Shown: piece after piece, positions 47,867 to 57,452 of the stretch
How positions within the stretch are numbered: the first letter of the stretch is position 1
Layout: each line of letters opens with the position of its first letter
Source: an uncultured Armatimonadetes bacterium
Lineage (GTDB): Bacteria; Armatimonadota; UBA5829; DTJY01
Assembly: GCA_963717145.1 (NCBI GenBank)
Contig: OY970325.1
Location: 1,334,930 to 1,398,929 of the forward strand
Direction: 5' to 3'
DNA length: 64,000 nucleotides
Translations under genes and position numbers: made by a program
The notes under the pieces: generated by a model
Database searches by the model: none
The model's input: the letters and a program-made list of their open reading frames with translations, nothing else
Told to the model about the DNA's origin: nothing

Positions 47867-48964
47867 CTAAGCCGACGCCTTCTTGTCAAGTGCCTGTGCC
47901 GCGATATACGCCTGAGTGGATTCGAGAGGCACTCCGTTGAGGTCGGCGCATTCATTGGCGATGCGCATCGATTCCTCGACGGCAAGGCCGCAGTCGAGCG
48001 CCTTTGGATGCGGGCTGACGAGCGACTCGAAGTTGGCGCGGTAGATACGGGTCAGCACGTCGGGCGGCAGGGCGATCCCCCGCATGATGCCATCCTCCGG
48101 CGGGCCGAGCACGAAGTCCGCTCCCTCGGGGACACGGTATTGGTCCGAGGTCTCGAGCCAGCGCGTGATAATGCCGAGCCGCAAACGCGCCTCCTCGTCT
48201 GTATGGTTGCTCGATATGTCGGTCCCGAGTATCAACCGGTGTTGATACTTGATGAAGAATTCTTGCGATGCCTGTACATCTCTGGACATATTGTAGAACA
48301 TCTCGATCCCCGGGCAGACGTCGAGCTTGACGTTAGGGAACCGGTCGAGAAGCCGTGACGCGCGAGGGAGATCCGCCGAGAGGAAGTAGAAGTGCGCGAA
48401 GACGATGTTCAGCTTCGGGTGACGCTCCAGGACGTTGCGGACCTCCGAGTAGAGCTGCTCCTTGGGTATCCAGGTCTCGTCATAGCCCCACCCTCGCTCC
48501 GTGGCCCATCCCGGCGTCAGCTCGGGGTACCAGAACTCCTCCGGGTCGTTGACGTGCCAGACGATCGGGACGCCGAGCGCCTCGACATGGGCAAAGTAGT
48601 CGGCGAAATATGGGCCGTCGATCGGGATGTCGACCATGCGGCGATGCGTCGGCTTGTTCTCGAGCATCTTGATCCCGTCACAGCCGATCGCGAGCAGGCG
48701 GTCCACCTGCTCCACCAGCGAGGGCGTCACTATCCTGCCGCCGCTCCAGTATGAGGCGTGATCGAGGCTGCCGAAGACGTAGAACCTGTCGGGGTACTCC
48801 GCCTTGGTCGCGAACGCGGGCGGGTTGTGATTGATCACCTCACGCCCGTAGATGCAGACGATGTTCATCCGCTCGACGCCGACGTGCCGGCGGATGCGCT
48901 CCAGGGCGGCCCGCTCGTTCACGTGGCGCAGGTGGACATGGCTGTCGATGATGGTCGAGTTCAT
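47867..48964 (-). CDS. Amidohydrolase family protein
   Basis: IIDSHVH, GIKMLE, WHVNDP, FAHF, LGTD. Confidence 0.8.
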   Translation of the reverse strand: MNSTIIDSHVHLRHVNERAALERIRRHVGVERMNIVCIYGREVINHNPPAFATKAEYPDRFYVFGSLDHASYWSGGRIVTPSLVEQVDRLLAIGCDGIKMLENKPTHRRMVDIPIDGPYFADYFAHVEALGVPIVWHVNDPEEFWYPELTPGWATERGWGYDETWIPKEQLYSEVRNVLERHPKLNIVFAHFYFLSADLPRASRLLDRFPNVKLDVCPGIEMFYNMSRDVQASQEFFIKYQHRLILGTDISSNHTDEEARLRLGIITRWLETSDQYRVPEGADFVLGPPEDGIMRGIALPPDVLTRIYRANFESLVSPHPKALDCGLAVEESMRIANECADLNGVPLESTQAYIAAQALDKKASA

Positions 48965-48979
48965 GGTTTTCCTGGTCTC

Positions 48980-49075
48980 ACGTAGTGGCCGTGCCTCCGT
49001 GCCGGCCTGCACTGTGATACGTCTCCGCCACGCCATGATACGGTGCAGGCCGGCACGGAGGCACGGCCACTACGT
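48980..49075. repeat. GTAG-type REP doublet with 33-bp perfect arms
   Basis: acgtagtggccgtgcctccgtgccggcctgcac (48980-49012) and its reverse complement (49043-49075). Confidence 0.85.
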
Positions 49076-49081
49076 AGATAG

Positions 49082-51517
49082 CTACCGCGCGCTGAACGTG
49101 TGCCTTCCTGCTTCTTTGATGGTAACCGGCGGTTGGCCGGGAAGCGAGACATCGGCGGCCATGCCCTCGGGGATCGTGACGACCATGCTGAACGCCTTGC
49201 CGATGATCTTCCACTCCGCCTTGATGTCGCCAAGGGGGGTCGGAACGATTCCCCTCGCCCATCGCAGATCGGCGGTGTTCGGGGCGATCGTCACGCGCTT
49301 GAATCCCGGCTCGGCGGGTCGGACGCCGAGGATGTACCCCGGCAGGTAGGCTGTCGGCGCGGAGGCCCATCCGTGGCAGAGCGAGTTGTTCGTGTTCCAC
49401 TGCTCCCAGAAGGTCGTCGCGCCCCAGTCCAGCATCACGCCCCAATTCGTCCGCATGTAGTCGAGCGATTCCTGCACCATCCCGTGCCGCAGGAGGGCCT
49501 GAAGCCAGTAGTAGGCGAAGTACGAGCCCCCCGGGATAACGCCCTTCGATGTGTCCATGCAGTACCCGAGGATCTCCATCCGGCGTTCCAGTGGGGCAAT
49601 GTCATACGCCGCGACCAGGGCGTTCGGCATCTGGCTCGTCTTCGGGGAGAATGCCTGCTTCTCCTCGGACCACCATTCCGGATATGCGCCCCTCGCCGGA
49701 TCGTAGAGCCGGGCGTTGATCGCCTCCTGAAGTGCCGATGCCATCGCCGCGTACTTCTCGACGCCCTCGGAGTCCCCCGCAAGACGCGCCATGTTCGACG
49801 CATGAGTGAGCGTCTCGTAGTAGAAGCAGTTCATCACCGAGACCGCGCCCTCATACTCCGTCTGCGTCCACTCGATGAACATCCAGCCGGGGATGTTGCT
49901 TATCAGGCCGTTCTTGTCCCTGAACTGTTCGAAGAAGCCGATGAGCTTCTCGACCTTCGGGTACATCTCCTTCACAAGCTCCGTGTCGCCAGTATAGGTG
50001 TAGTAGTCCCAGATCGAACCGACCCAGATCAGCATGAACGACGGGATGTACTGGTCGAACACGCCGGGATAGAAGCAGGCGGTCGAGCCGTCCTCCTTCT
50101 GCGACTGGCCGATCTGTACGATCCCCTGGCGGATGAGCTTGTAGTCGCCGAACGCGTAGTAATTGCTCATCGCCTCAAGCCGCGCGTCGCCCCACCACTG
50201 AGTGCGCTCCCTCCACGGGCAGTCGGTGTACGCATCCTCCATGTTGAGCTGAACGGTGTACGCCCCGATCCGCCATATGTCGTTCAGCCGCTTGTCGGAG
50301 CACTGGAACTCGCCGTTCCACTGCACGGGATATGTGTTGAAGTTGACGCTCACCGACTCGACGGTCACCGGCTCGGTGATGTCGCGGAAGTCGATCTGCA
50401 TGTACCGGAACCCCCGGCGATCGAAGACCTCCCATTCCTGCCGGCCCGGCTTGATGACGTACCGGTCGGCATAGTTGACGCCGTGCCGATTCGGATCGAC
50501 CTTGCCGTCGGTGAGAAGCTCCCCATATCCGAGGTCGACGGTCCCGGTACCCTTCGTCGAGATCTTAATCCTCGGCATCCCGGCGACCTCCCAGCCGAAG
50601 TCGAGGACGAGATATACCGCCTTCCCAGCGGCGCGTTCCTCCGGCGGGAGAGGGTAGAACGTGCACACACCCCTGCCCTCGTTCGCCTTCTCCCAGGTCT
50701 TACGGGCAACGGACTCCTTCGGCCCGCCCGGGTCGATCGGCTGGGCCTTGAAGATGTCCTCCACGTTCGGGCGCTTGAAGAGGGCCGACGTGTTCGATGC
50801 GACCTTGTCGGACGGCGTCTTCTTCTCGCGCGACATCAGCGGCGAGACGTGGTTCTTCGGCACATCGACCCCGGTCGGATCGGCGACTCCGACCTCCACG
50901 ACGCCAACTGGATGGATCTCCCTATCATAGAGGAAAGGGATCGACCGCTCCGTCAGGTTACTCCAGGGCAAGTCGCCTTTGATGACGGTTGCGCGCTCCC
51001 ACTTCGAGTCGTCGAAGCCCACGTCGGTCCATCCCTCAGGAGCCTTGTTTGCGTCGTATACCTCGTAGAACTCCTGCTGGATCGAGATGCGCGGGATATC
51101 GCTGACGAACGCCTCCGCCCGCTTCACACGCCATGAGCCATCCGAGACGACGGAGAGCAGCTTCGACTCAGGATACGTGACCAGTCCGTCGAAGAGGAAT
51201 CCCCCACGCCCGAGGATATATGTGAATGTGTTGATGCCGTAGTGATGGACGAGCGCGGCGATCGAGTTCTTGCCCTTGTGGAGGCTCTTCGTGAGATCGT
51301 AGGTGTCGTACTGCTGCCATCGGGGATCGGAGCGCACCGGTCCGCGTCCGACGAGCTTGCCGTTGACGTAGAGCTTGTACCGGCTGTCGGCGGAGACGTG
51401 GACGACCACCTTCATCGGCTCGGTAGGAAGGTCCACGACCTTGCGCATATACATGTAGGAGTTGACCGGCTGCTGAGCGCCGGAGTCCCAGATCCAGTTG
51501 ACGTCTGCGGTTATCAT
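49082..51517 (-). CDS. Alpha-L-rhamnosidase (GH78 family)
   Basis: SADSRYKLYVNG, DCPWRERTQWWGD, GATTFWE, SLCHGWAS, PTPLG. Confidence 0.88.
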   Translation of the reverse strand: MITADVNWIWDSGAQQPVNSYMYMRKVVDLPTEPMKVVVHVSADSRYKLYVNGKLVGRGPVRSDPRWQQYDTYDLTKSLHKGKNSIAALVHHYGINTFTYILGRGGFLFDGLVTYPESKLLSVVSDGSWRVKRAEAFVSDIPRISIQQEFYEVYDANKAPEGWTDVGFDDSKWERATVIKGDLPWSNLTERSIPFLYDREIHPVGVVEVGVADPTGVDVPKNHVSPLMSREKKTPSDKVASNTSALFKRPNVEDIFKAQPIDPGGPKESVARKTWEKANEGRGVCTFYPLPPEERAAGKAVYLVLDFGWEVAGMPRIKISTKGTGTVDLGYGELLTDGKVDPNRHGVNYADRYVIKPGRQEWEVFDRRGFRYMQIDFRDITEPVTVESVSVNFNTYPVQWNGEFQCSDKRLNDIWRIGAYTVQLNMEDAYTDCPWRERTQWWGDARLEAMSNYYAFGDYKLIRQGIVQIGQSQKEDGSTACFYPGVFDQYIPSFMLIWVGSIWDYYTYTGDTELVKEMYPKVEKLIGFFEQFRDKNGLISNIPGWMFIEWTQTEYEGAVSVMNCFYYETLTHASNMARLAGDSEGVEKYAAMASALQEAINARLYDPARGAYPEWWSEEKQAFSPKTSQMPNALVAAYDIAPLERRMEILGYCMDTSKGVIPGGSYFAYYWLQALLRHGMVQESLDYMRTNWGVMLDWGATTFWEQWNTNNSLCHGWASAPTAYLPGYILGVRPAEPGFKRVTIAPNTADLRWARGIVPTPLGDIKAEWKIIGKAFSMVVTIPEGMAADVSLPGQPPVTIKEAGRHTFSAR

Positions 51518-51768
51518 CGTCACCTCACGTGGAGTTCTCCCTGAGGTGTTCAGCGGGCAGCGGGCGGTTTCCTCTGCTCCCGCTCTCTCGCCAATGGTGA
51601 TCCGGGATTCCGCGTTCACAATTCCACATTCGGACCGGTTGCCCGGGTGACGCAGGCCGCGTCAGGGTAAAAAGGGACGTGGTGGAACAATAGGTCGCCG
51701 TCAAGCAGTCAAAGCCAGTGACTGGGGCGGAGCCCTGGGATCCGTCAGACATTAGTGGAGGTGTCGAA

Positions 51769-52779
51769 GTGTACTACCGGGAACTCATAAGAGGATTTGC
51801 GACGATTGGTGCGATATGCCTCATCTCTCTCCTAAGCTGGAGCATGTCGATGGCGGCTACGCCAGAGGAAACGATCGAGTTGGCCAAGGCGGGCACGAAG
51901 AACGCCGTATCCGTCATACAAAACGGGAAGGGTAAGATCACTCAGAGCGTTACCAGACATAGGCAGGACGGAAGCATCGTGGAGACGGAGGCCGTCGCGG
52001 ACATGGCGTTCAGGGGAGATAAGTTCAGGATCAATGAGCTGGTCACCGAACTCAGGAATGATGTGCCTGCCGGAGTAACCGAGGAAGGCGCCAAGAAAAC
52101 GTACCCTCCTGACCACAAGGCGGTTTCTTTCGATGGTGAAGAACTGACGTACTTTGAGGCGCGCACCAGGTTCCCCAGAGCTGTGGTGGGCACTGTTGAG
52201 GGTAGCGGGGGGATCATCAAGAATTACTATCAGCGAAAGAAGCTGGACTATGGCGTTCTAGAGAACCACGGCGTGTTTGACATAGGTGTCGCCATGGCCA
52301 CACCCTCTTTTCCTCAGGTGGATGAAGGACTGCGGTTCGTTCGAAATGAGACGATAGACGGCAGAGACTGCATCGTTATCGAGCACACGATCCTTACAAT
52401 GTCGAAAGAATGCGATCCTCTACCCTTACGTAGCACTATCCTCGAATGGAGTATAGACACTGGTAGGGGATTCACGATTCCACGTTATCGACTCTGGGTA
52501 GGGGATAAGGATGGGAACAACAGAATCCTGGCCGAGGAGAGGAATAACGTGGTCAGGGACTATGGCGACGGCGTATGGGGCCCATCCAAGTCCGTGGTAG
52601 TCGGGTATGCCATTGATGAGAAGGGGGAGAGGTACGAGGATACCAGGATAGTCACGCAATATGCTTCGGATTTCGTTTTGAATGGAAATGTGACCGATAG
52701 CGACCTGACTATCAAACTACCGACTAAGACTCGGATTTGGAACTCGATAACGGGCGAAGAATCGTCCGTAGCGCCGTGA
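51769..52779 (+). CDS. Secreted hypothetical protein (LolA-like fold possible)
   Basis: Signal peptide, ETIDGRDCIVIE, IDTGRGF; GGAGG RBS; more A/T-ending codons than flanks. Confidence 0.55.
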   Translation: MYYRELIRGFATIGAICLISLLSWSMSMAATPEETIELAKAGTKNAVSVIQNGKGKITQSVTRHRQDGSIVETEAVADMAFRGDKFRINELVTELRNDVPAGVTEEGAKKTYPPDHKAVSFDGEELTYFEARTRFPRAVVGTVEGSGGIIKNYYQRKKLDYGVLENHGVFDIGVAMATPSFPQVDEGLRFVRNETIDGRDCIVIEHTILTMSKECDPLPLRSTILEWSIDTGRGFTIPRYRLWVGDKDGNNRILAEERNNVVRDYGDGVWGPSKSVVVGYAIDEKGERYEDTRIVTQYASDFVLNGNVTDSDLTIKLPTKTRIWNSITGEESSVAP

Positions 52780-52837
52780 ACGATGCGCTCAGTGAGGGCT
52801 GACGGTGTGGTGTGCGGGAGGGCGTTGAAGCCCTCCC

Positions 52838-54525
52838 CTACGGTTCGAGGACGACGCGCTTGATGAGGAACCGCACACCAGATCCCCGCACGGGTCGATG
52901 CGCAGGCTGAGGAGCGGCGTCCCGGTCTTCTCCCAGCAGATGATGTCCGCGATGTCGATGCTCGGGTTCCCTTCACGCGGCCAGGAGACCACCGTGGAGG
53001 CGAACCCGCTGTGCACGGGCATCAGGCCGGTCGCCCAGAAGACCTCCATGTCCCGCTGCCCGATGCCCTCCTTCATCCCACTGATGACCTTCCCTTCGAT
53101 CGTGATGTGCTTGATCTGCCCCATTGGGACCTGCATCTCCGAGAACACGATCTTCGGATCGCCTCCGGTGGTTTCGAACAGCATCCCCTCAGCGGTCCGA
53201 TCCTTGATCGAGATCGCATCGAGCCCGATCTGGTCGGTCGGAATCCCGCCCTCGGTGAGGTCGATGACGTAGGGCATCTTCACATCCGGGACATCGAAGC
53301 TCTTGCCCACAGGAGCCAGCTTCGGCGTCTTGAGCGGCCAGGGCTTCGACTCGTTCTCCTCCGCGACCTTCAGCTCGTCCGGAGTGAGGACGCTCCACGA
53401 CGCGATCTCCTCCGCGCTCGGAAGCTTCTCGTTCGGCGACTTCTTCCCCAACACATCCGCCATCGCCCTCAGGAATCCGAAGCCGAACTGCTTCGACGGC
53501 TCGATGCACGCTCCCTCGCCCCACTCGTTCCATGCCTCGACCATTACGACCGGCGACGCGGGGTTCGTGTTCCTGATCGCGCCCCTGAGCATCTTCGCGA
53601 AGTCCGCCGGGCTGTTGTCCGTATTGATGAACGCCTTCTCGACCCCCGCGCGGGGCCGATCGTCCCAGCCGGAGAAGGTGCTCGGCCAGTATGGAATCCC
53701 CGCCTTGATCGCCGCGCGCTGGATGTTCGGGTAGAGGCAGTCGGCGATCATCGGCGCGAGGTCGGGATACGGAACGGCCTCCGTGTCCCACGTGACGCTC
53801 GGCGGGCGCATCCAGCAGTAGGTGTAGGCGCAGAATGCGTCGAACCCGAGGCCCTTGAGCATCGACATGTACTCCGAGGAGGCGCTGGGATAGACCGCGA
53901 CGAGGTAGACGCCGGGGAGGCCGTTCTCCTTCGCACGCTGACGCATCGACGCGAGGGCATCCCGTGCGGCATCCTCACCGCCGAAGCTCGTGAGTTGGCT
54001 GATGTCGTAGATCATGAACACCGGCCGCCCGTCGATGCGCAGGTAGTTCGGCCGATGGAAGTACCGCGCGCAGAGGAGGTCGGTCATCTCGAGGACGGCG
54101 GACTTGCCCTGATCGAGCGGCTTGAGCCACCACGGTCCGCCGTGATTGCACCAGTGCACGCAGAACTTCACGTCGCCGGCATTCTTCGCCTGCAGAAAGC
54201 CGCGGTCGAGCGACTCGTAGAGGAACTCCTGCCCGGCGTTGTAGTACCAGTCGAACGCGATGAAGTCGATGCCGTGGGTCGCCATCCAGGGGATATAGTA
54301 GCCCCACAAGCGAGCGTCGGCATCGTTGTAGAAGCCGCATGAGGCGCGCGGGACGGCGGCCTTCATGATCGCCGACCGCCACTCGCTCGACTCGCCGCCG
54401 GGATTCCCGGGGGCGCGATACCACCCGGGGAAGTAGTAGACCCCGACCATTGGCTTGACCTCGGCGGCGTGCGATGCGACCATGACGGCGCATGTGGCGA
54501 TGATAACCAGTAGCAGTCTGTGCAT
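52838..54525 (-). CDS. GH99-like/WbsX-like glycoside hydrolase with C-terminal domain (probable frameshift near 52880)
   Basis: VYYFPGW, FAFDWY-like IAFDWY, WCNH, YLRIDGRP, GWDDRP, AWNEWGEG; LRIDP then GVRFLIKRVVLEP* in another frame. Confidence 0.75.
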
Positions 54526-54672
54526 GGAATCCCTCCCTGTGCCGTCTCCGGCATCACACACCATATTCCATGCCCCCCGCCCCCGATTCCTCCAGGACCG
54601 GCACGGGAAGGAACAGACACGTCTTTGTCGAAGGAGATAGCAAGTCCAATACTGACGCGAGGGGGCGGCGAT

Positions 54673-55147
54673 ATGAATGGGGAATCTGACGGCGAGGGCA
54701 TTCGGTCCGAGCAGGTTCGCGCTTCACTGCGCAGTGCCTTCGCGGAGGTGGCATGTCCTTACGAGAGCTGCGACTTACCGGATGGCTACTGGCGAGATAT
54801 GCGGGAGCATCTGTGGGATCTGCTTGAGCCGGAGCTCAGATGGGAACTGCCCAGGATATTGGCGAGTCTTCTTGACGATCCCGAAAGAGAGAACATCCTG
54901 GATGTCATCTCGTTCCTCGATGTGCATGGACCTCCGCCTCAGGTCCTGAGTGAGCACGTGCGAGCGGCATCGGGGCACCTGCGCGAGCACCGAGCCTCAG
55001 GCATTTGACGAGATCACACCTGAGCAGGCCGGCGCAATACTCAAGTGGCTCGAGTTCATCTGGACTCTGTATCCGGATGGGTTCTTCTACGAGCCCTGGC
55101 TACGACGTGGCATGGACTACTGGGCAGCACGTTCTCGCAAGCCGTAG
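54673..55147 (+). CDS. Hypothetical protein (DUF6714-like; probable frameshift near 54990)
   Basis: SAFAEVACP...LPRIL then, in another frame, FDEITPEQAGAILKWLEF...YW. Confidence 0.45.
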
Positions 55148-55204
55148 CATGCCGAAGATCGCTCGGCTGATTCTCCGAACCTGGGGGCGCTTGAGGGGAT
55201 ACGC

Positions 55205-55702
55205 GTGATGACATCGAGTCAGAAGGCTGACGATACTGCAAGTACCGTGCACATTCCTGCGCGAGTCAGGGCAGTGGTGATAGACTCGGCATCGGTCCTC
55301 GGATTGGCGTGGCTATGTAGCCGGTACCTGCACGTTCTTTGGTTTCCTGTGTCTGGAAGTGATGTGCTGGCTGTTGCCGGCTTTGCTGCATGCTGCCTCG
55401 GAACGTTCAAGGCAATCGGTGACGTGTTGGGCATCTCAGTCGTGAAAGACTTTCGCGCATCACACGGTACTGCCGCACGCGCCGCCTCTGCGCTCATCGG
55501 GCCGCTGATGATAGGATTACTCTGTCTGAGCCTGGTGTTGGGAATGGCGGTCCTCTTGATGCTGCCCAGCAGGTGGGGAAGGCCGCCTTATGCGCTCGAC
55601 CGTTGGGTTGTCGCGCTTATACTCTCGACCGGTTTCTGGGTGATAACCTTCTGGCGACTCTCCAAACGTCGACACCGCAAAGAGCCGGACGATGATGAGT
55701 AG
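55205..55702 (+). CDS. Hypothetical membrane protein
   Basis: Four hydrophobic segments; GAGGGG RBS. Confidence 0.5.
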   Translation: MMTSSQKADDTASTVHIPARVRAVVIDSASVLGLAWLCSRYLHVLWFPVSGSDVLAVAGFAACCLGTFKAIGDVLGISVVKDFRASHGTAARAASALIGPLMIGLLCLSLVLGMAVLLMLPSRWGRPPYALDRWVVALILSTGFWVITFWRLSKRRHRKEPDDDE

Positions 55703-55743
55703 GCAGGACTATCGAGTATAGAGAAAAGGGCGGGAACACGGAA

Positions 55744-56076
55744 ATGGACACAGACCACAACAAAGAGCAGCAAACCGCGCCACATTCCGGCCTGGGCACG
55801 ATCTCCCTGGTCATCGCGGCCGTCAGTTTCCTCCTGTTCGCCACGTCGATCTCCCTGCCGCTCTTCGGGTCGCTGAAACACTCCGATGCCGCCCTTATAC
55901 GCCTGCTTATCCTACCCTGGCTCGCCCTCAGCGCTATGGGGGTTCTCGTGGGAGTGGCGGCACGGCTGCAGAACGGCGCCAACCGCACCTTCGCCAGGAT
56001 CGGTGTGATCGCCAATATCCTGCTCATTGCCGCAATCATCATCATTGTTGCACAGCTGTACGCGCCCTGCAGGTAG
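55744..56076 (+). CDS. Small membrane protein
   Basis: HSGLGTISL, three TM segments, FARIGVIAN. Confidence 0.6.
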   Translation: MDTDHNKEQQTAPHSGLGTISLVIAAVSFLLFATSISLPLFGSLKHSDAALIRLLILPWLALSAMGVLVGVAARLQNGANRTFARIGVIANILLIAAIIIIVAQLYAPCR

Positions 56077-56152
56077 CCCCCGCCACCCCACGCGATTGAA
56101 ATCGCCCCTACGAACGGCACGAAGTCGACCTCCGTCGACTGGCAGACGAAAG

Positions 56153-56212
56153 CAGGGCGGGGACATCATCGTCCCCGCCCATTCCGCATTCCGCATTCCC
56201 CAATCCGCATTC
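56153..56212. terminator. GC hairpin plus CCGCATT heptamer tract between convergent genes
   Basis: gggcggggac-atcatc-gtccccgccc followed by ccgcatt ccgcatt ccccaat ccgcatt. Confidence 0.5.
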
Positions 56213-56213
56213 C

Positions 56214-56876
56214 CTACGCCGCCAGCTCACCCCTGGCCGCGGTCGTCGCCTCAGCGGACGAGGAACTCAGCTCGGTCGCCTTCGTTCCCCGGTAGCGGGC
56301 CACGTACTGATAGTCCGCCGCCGATCCGACGATCGTATCGGTGTAGGGCGAAGAGGTAGCGAAGTTGACCAACTGATATTGGGTCTCGCCGCTCTTCTTT
56401 CGGTAGATGTTGCAGCCCAGGACACCTGCGGGCTTGCCGTTCGTGCGCTCGTTCTGCGGCGTCGGGCCGAAATGAACGATCACCGAGCCGACCATCGACT
56501 CCAGATACAGCGAGGGCGGAGTCAGCAGCTCGATCGGTGTGGGCGACTGCACCGTGTCGTCGCGTCCCAGGCCGAGCAGTCCGCGAAGCTGATCCGTCAT
56601 GCCGGGATGCTTGCAGATGCGCTGGATCAGAGGGCGCAGGATGGCCAGCGCCTCCTGGCGGTCTGTGTTCTTCAGCGCAATTGCAGAGGTTGCAAGCGCC
56701 TTCTGAAGCTGGTAGTTGGTGAGTGAATCGATGAACGCACCGCTCGCAGTGGTGATTGGGGTGAGGTTGGCGGGAATCAGGCCGACCATGCCTGCGTTGG
56801 TCGTCAGGTTGCTGACGAACGCCTGCAGCCATACGTTGAAATCGTTATCGCTTGTGGGTAGAACGTTTCTTGCCAA
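56214..56876 (-). CDS. Cytoplasmic protein with N-terminal helical domain and C-terminal FN3-like domain
   Basis: LPTSDNDFNVWLQAF and long amphipathic helices; KPAGVLGCNIYRK, SSPYTD, YQYVARY; TTG start with GGAGG RBS; no signal peptide. Confidence 0.75.
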   Translation of the reverse strand: MARNVLPTSDNDFNVWLQAFVSNLTTNAGMVGLIPANLTPITTASGAFIDSLTNYQLQKALATSAIALKNTDRQEALAILRPLIQRICKHPGMTDQLRGLLGLGRDDTVQSPTPIELLTPPSLYLESMVGSVIVHFGPTPQNERTNGKPAGVLGCNIYRKKSGETQYQLVNFATSSPYTDTIVGSAADYQYVARYRGTKATELSSSSAEATTAARGELAA

Positions 56877-56955
56877 GGGAATACCTCCCCAATTATGGTG
56901 TACCCGTGCGGCAGTCCGGGTCGACGATCGGTGACGGAATCCAAGTTTTTGAGGC

Positions 56956-57122
56956 GTTATTCCCGCGGAATGACGTCCACTTCACGCGGAAGTACGACCA
57001 CTTCCCGCGGAAGTGAGACCACTCCACGCGGAGGTTCGCCTTAAAAACATTTTTAAGCGCCACTTCCGGCGGAGGTTCGCCTTAAAAACGTTTTTGAGGG
57101 CCACTCCACGCGGAGGTCCGCC
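56956..57122. repeat. Array of 20-21-bp palindromic units of two types
   Basis: A units at 56956, 56977, 56998, 57019, 57060, 57101; B units at 57040, 57081. Confidence 0.85.
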
Positions 57123-57452
57123 TCATACGCTTGTTTCCTCGGGCTACACAGGCGTTTTGCTCTTGCCTCGAAGCGTCTGCTCCGAACGCGCGACTGCGCC
57201 CTTCTTCACCGAACTTGTGGCCTCTGAACTGCCTACGGTGAGATCGCCGAACTGCGCGCTCCACCGCCGAGCCACTGGTTCTATTCCATACTGGTAGGAA
57301 TACTTGGGAAGGTTTTTTGAGGTTCTTTCGTGAGGGTGTTGGAGGAACAAATACATCTACGTCGAATGAGAGACTGTGCCGAATCGGCGTATGCTTTGCT
57401 TGACTGCGGTCGGTGTGCTGCGAGAATAACACGGTGTGGGAGGGGCTCCAGA

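Noticed and set aside
1705-55147. Programmed frameshifting or pseudogenes in the second tatA, pfkB, major pilin, 28349 gene, Gfo/Idh/MocA, GH99-like and 54673 genes
   Set aside because: These are single-base indels, often in short G/C runs, in otherwise intact genes; assembly error explains them best given the ileS cluster
56956-57122. CRISPR array
   Set aside because: The period is only 20-21 bp and the intervening B units repeat each other; kept as a non-CRISPR finding
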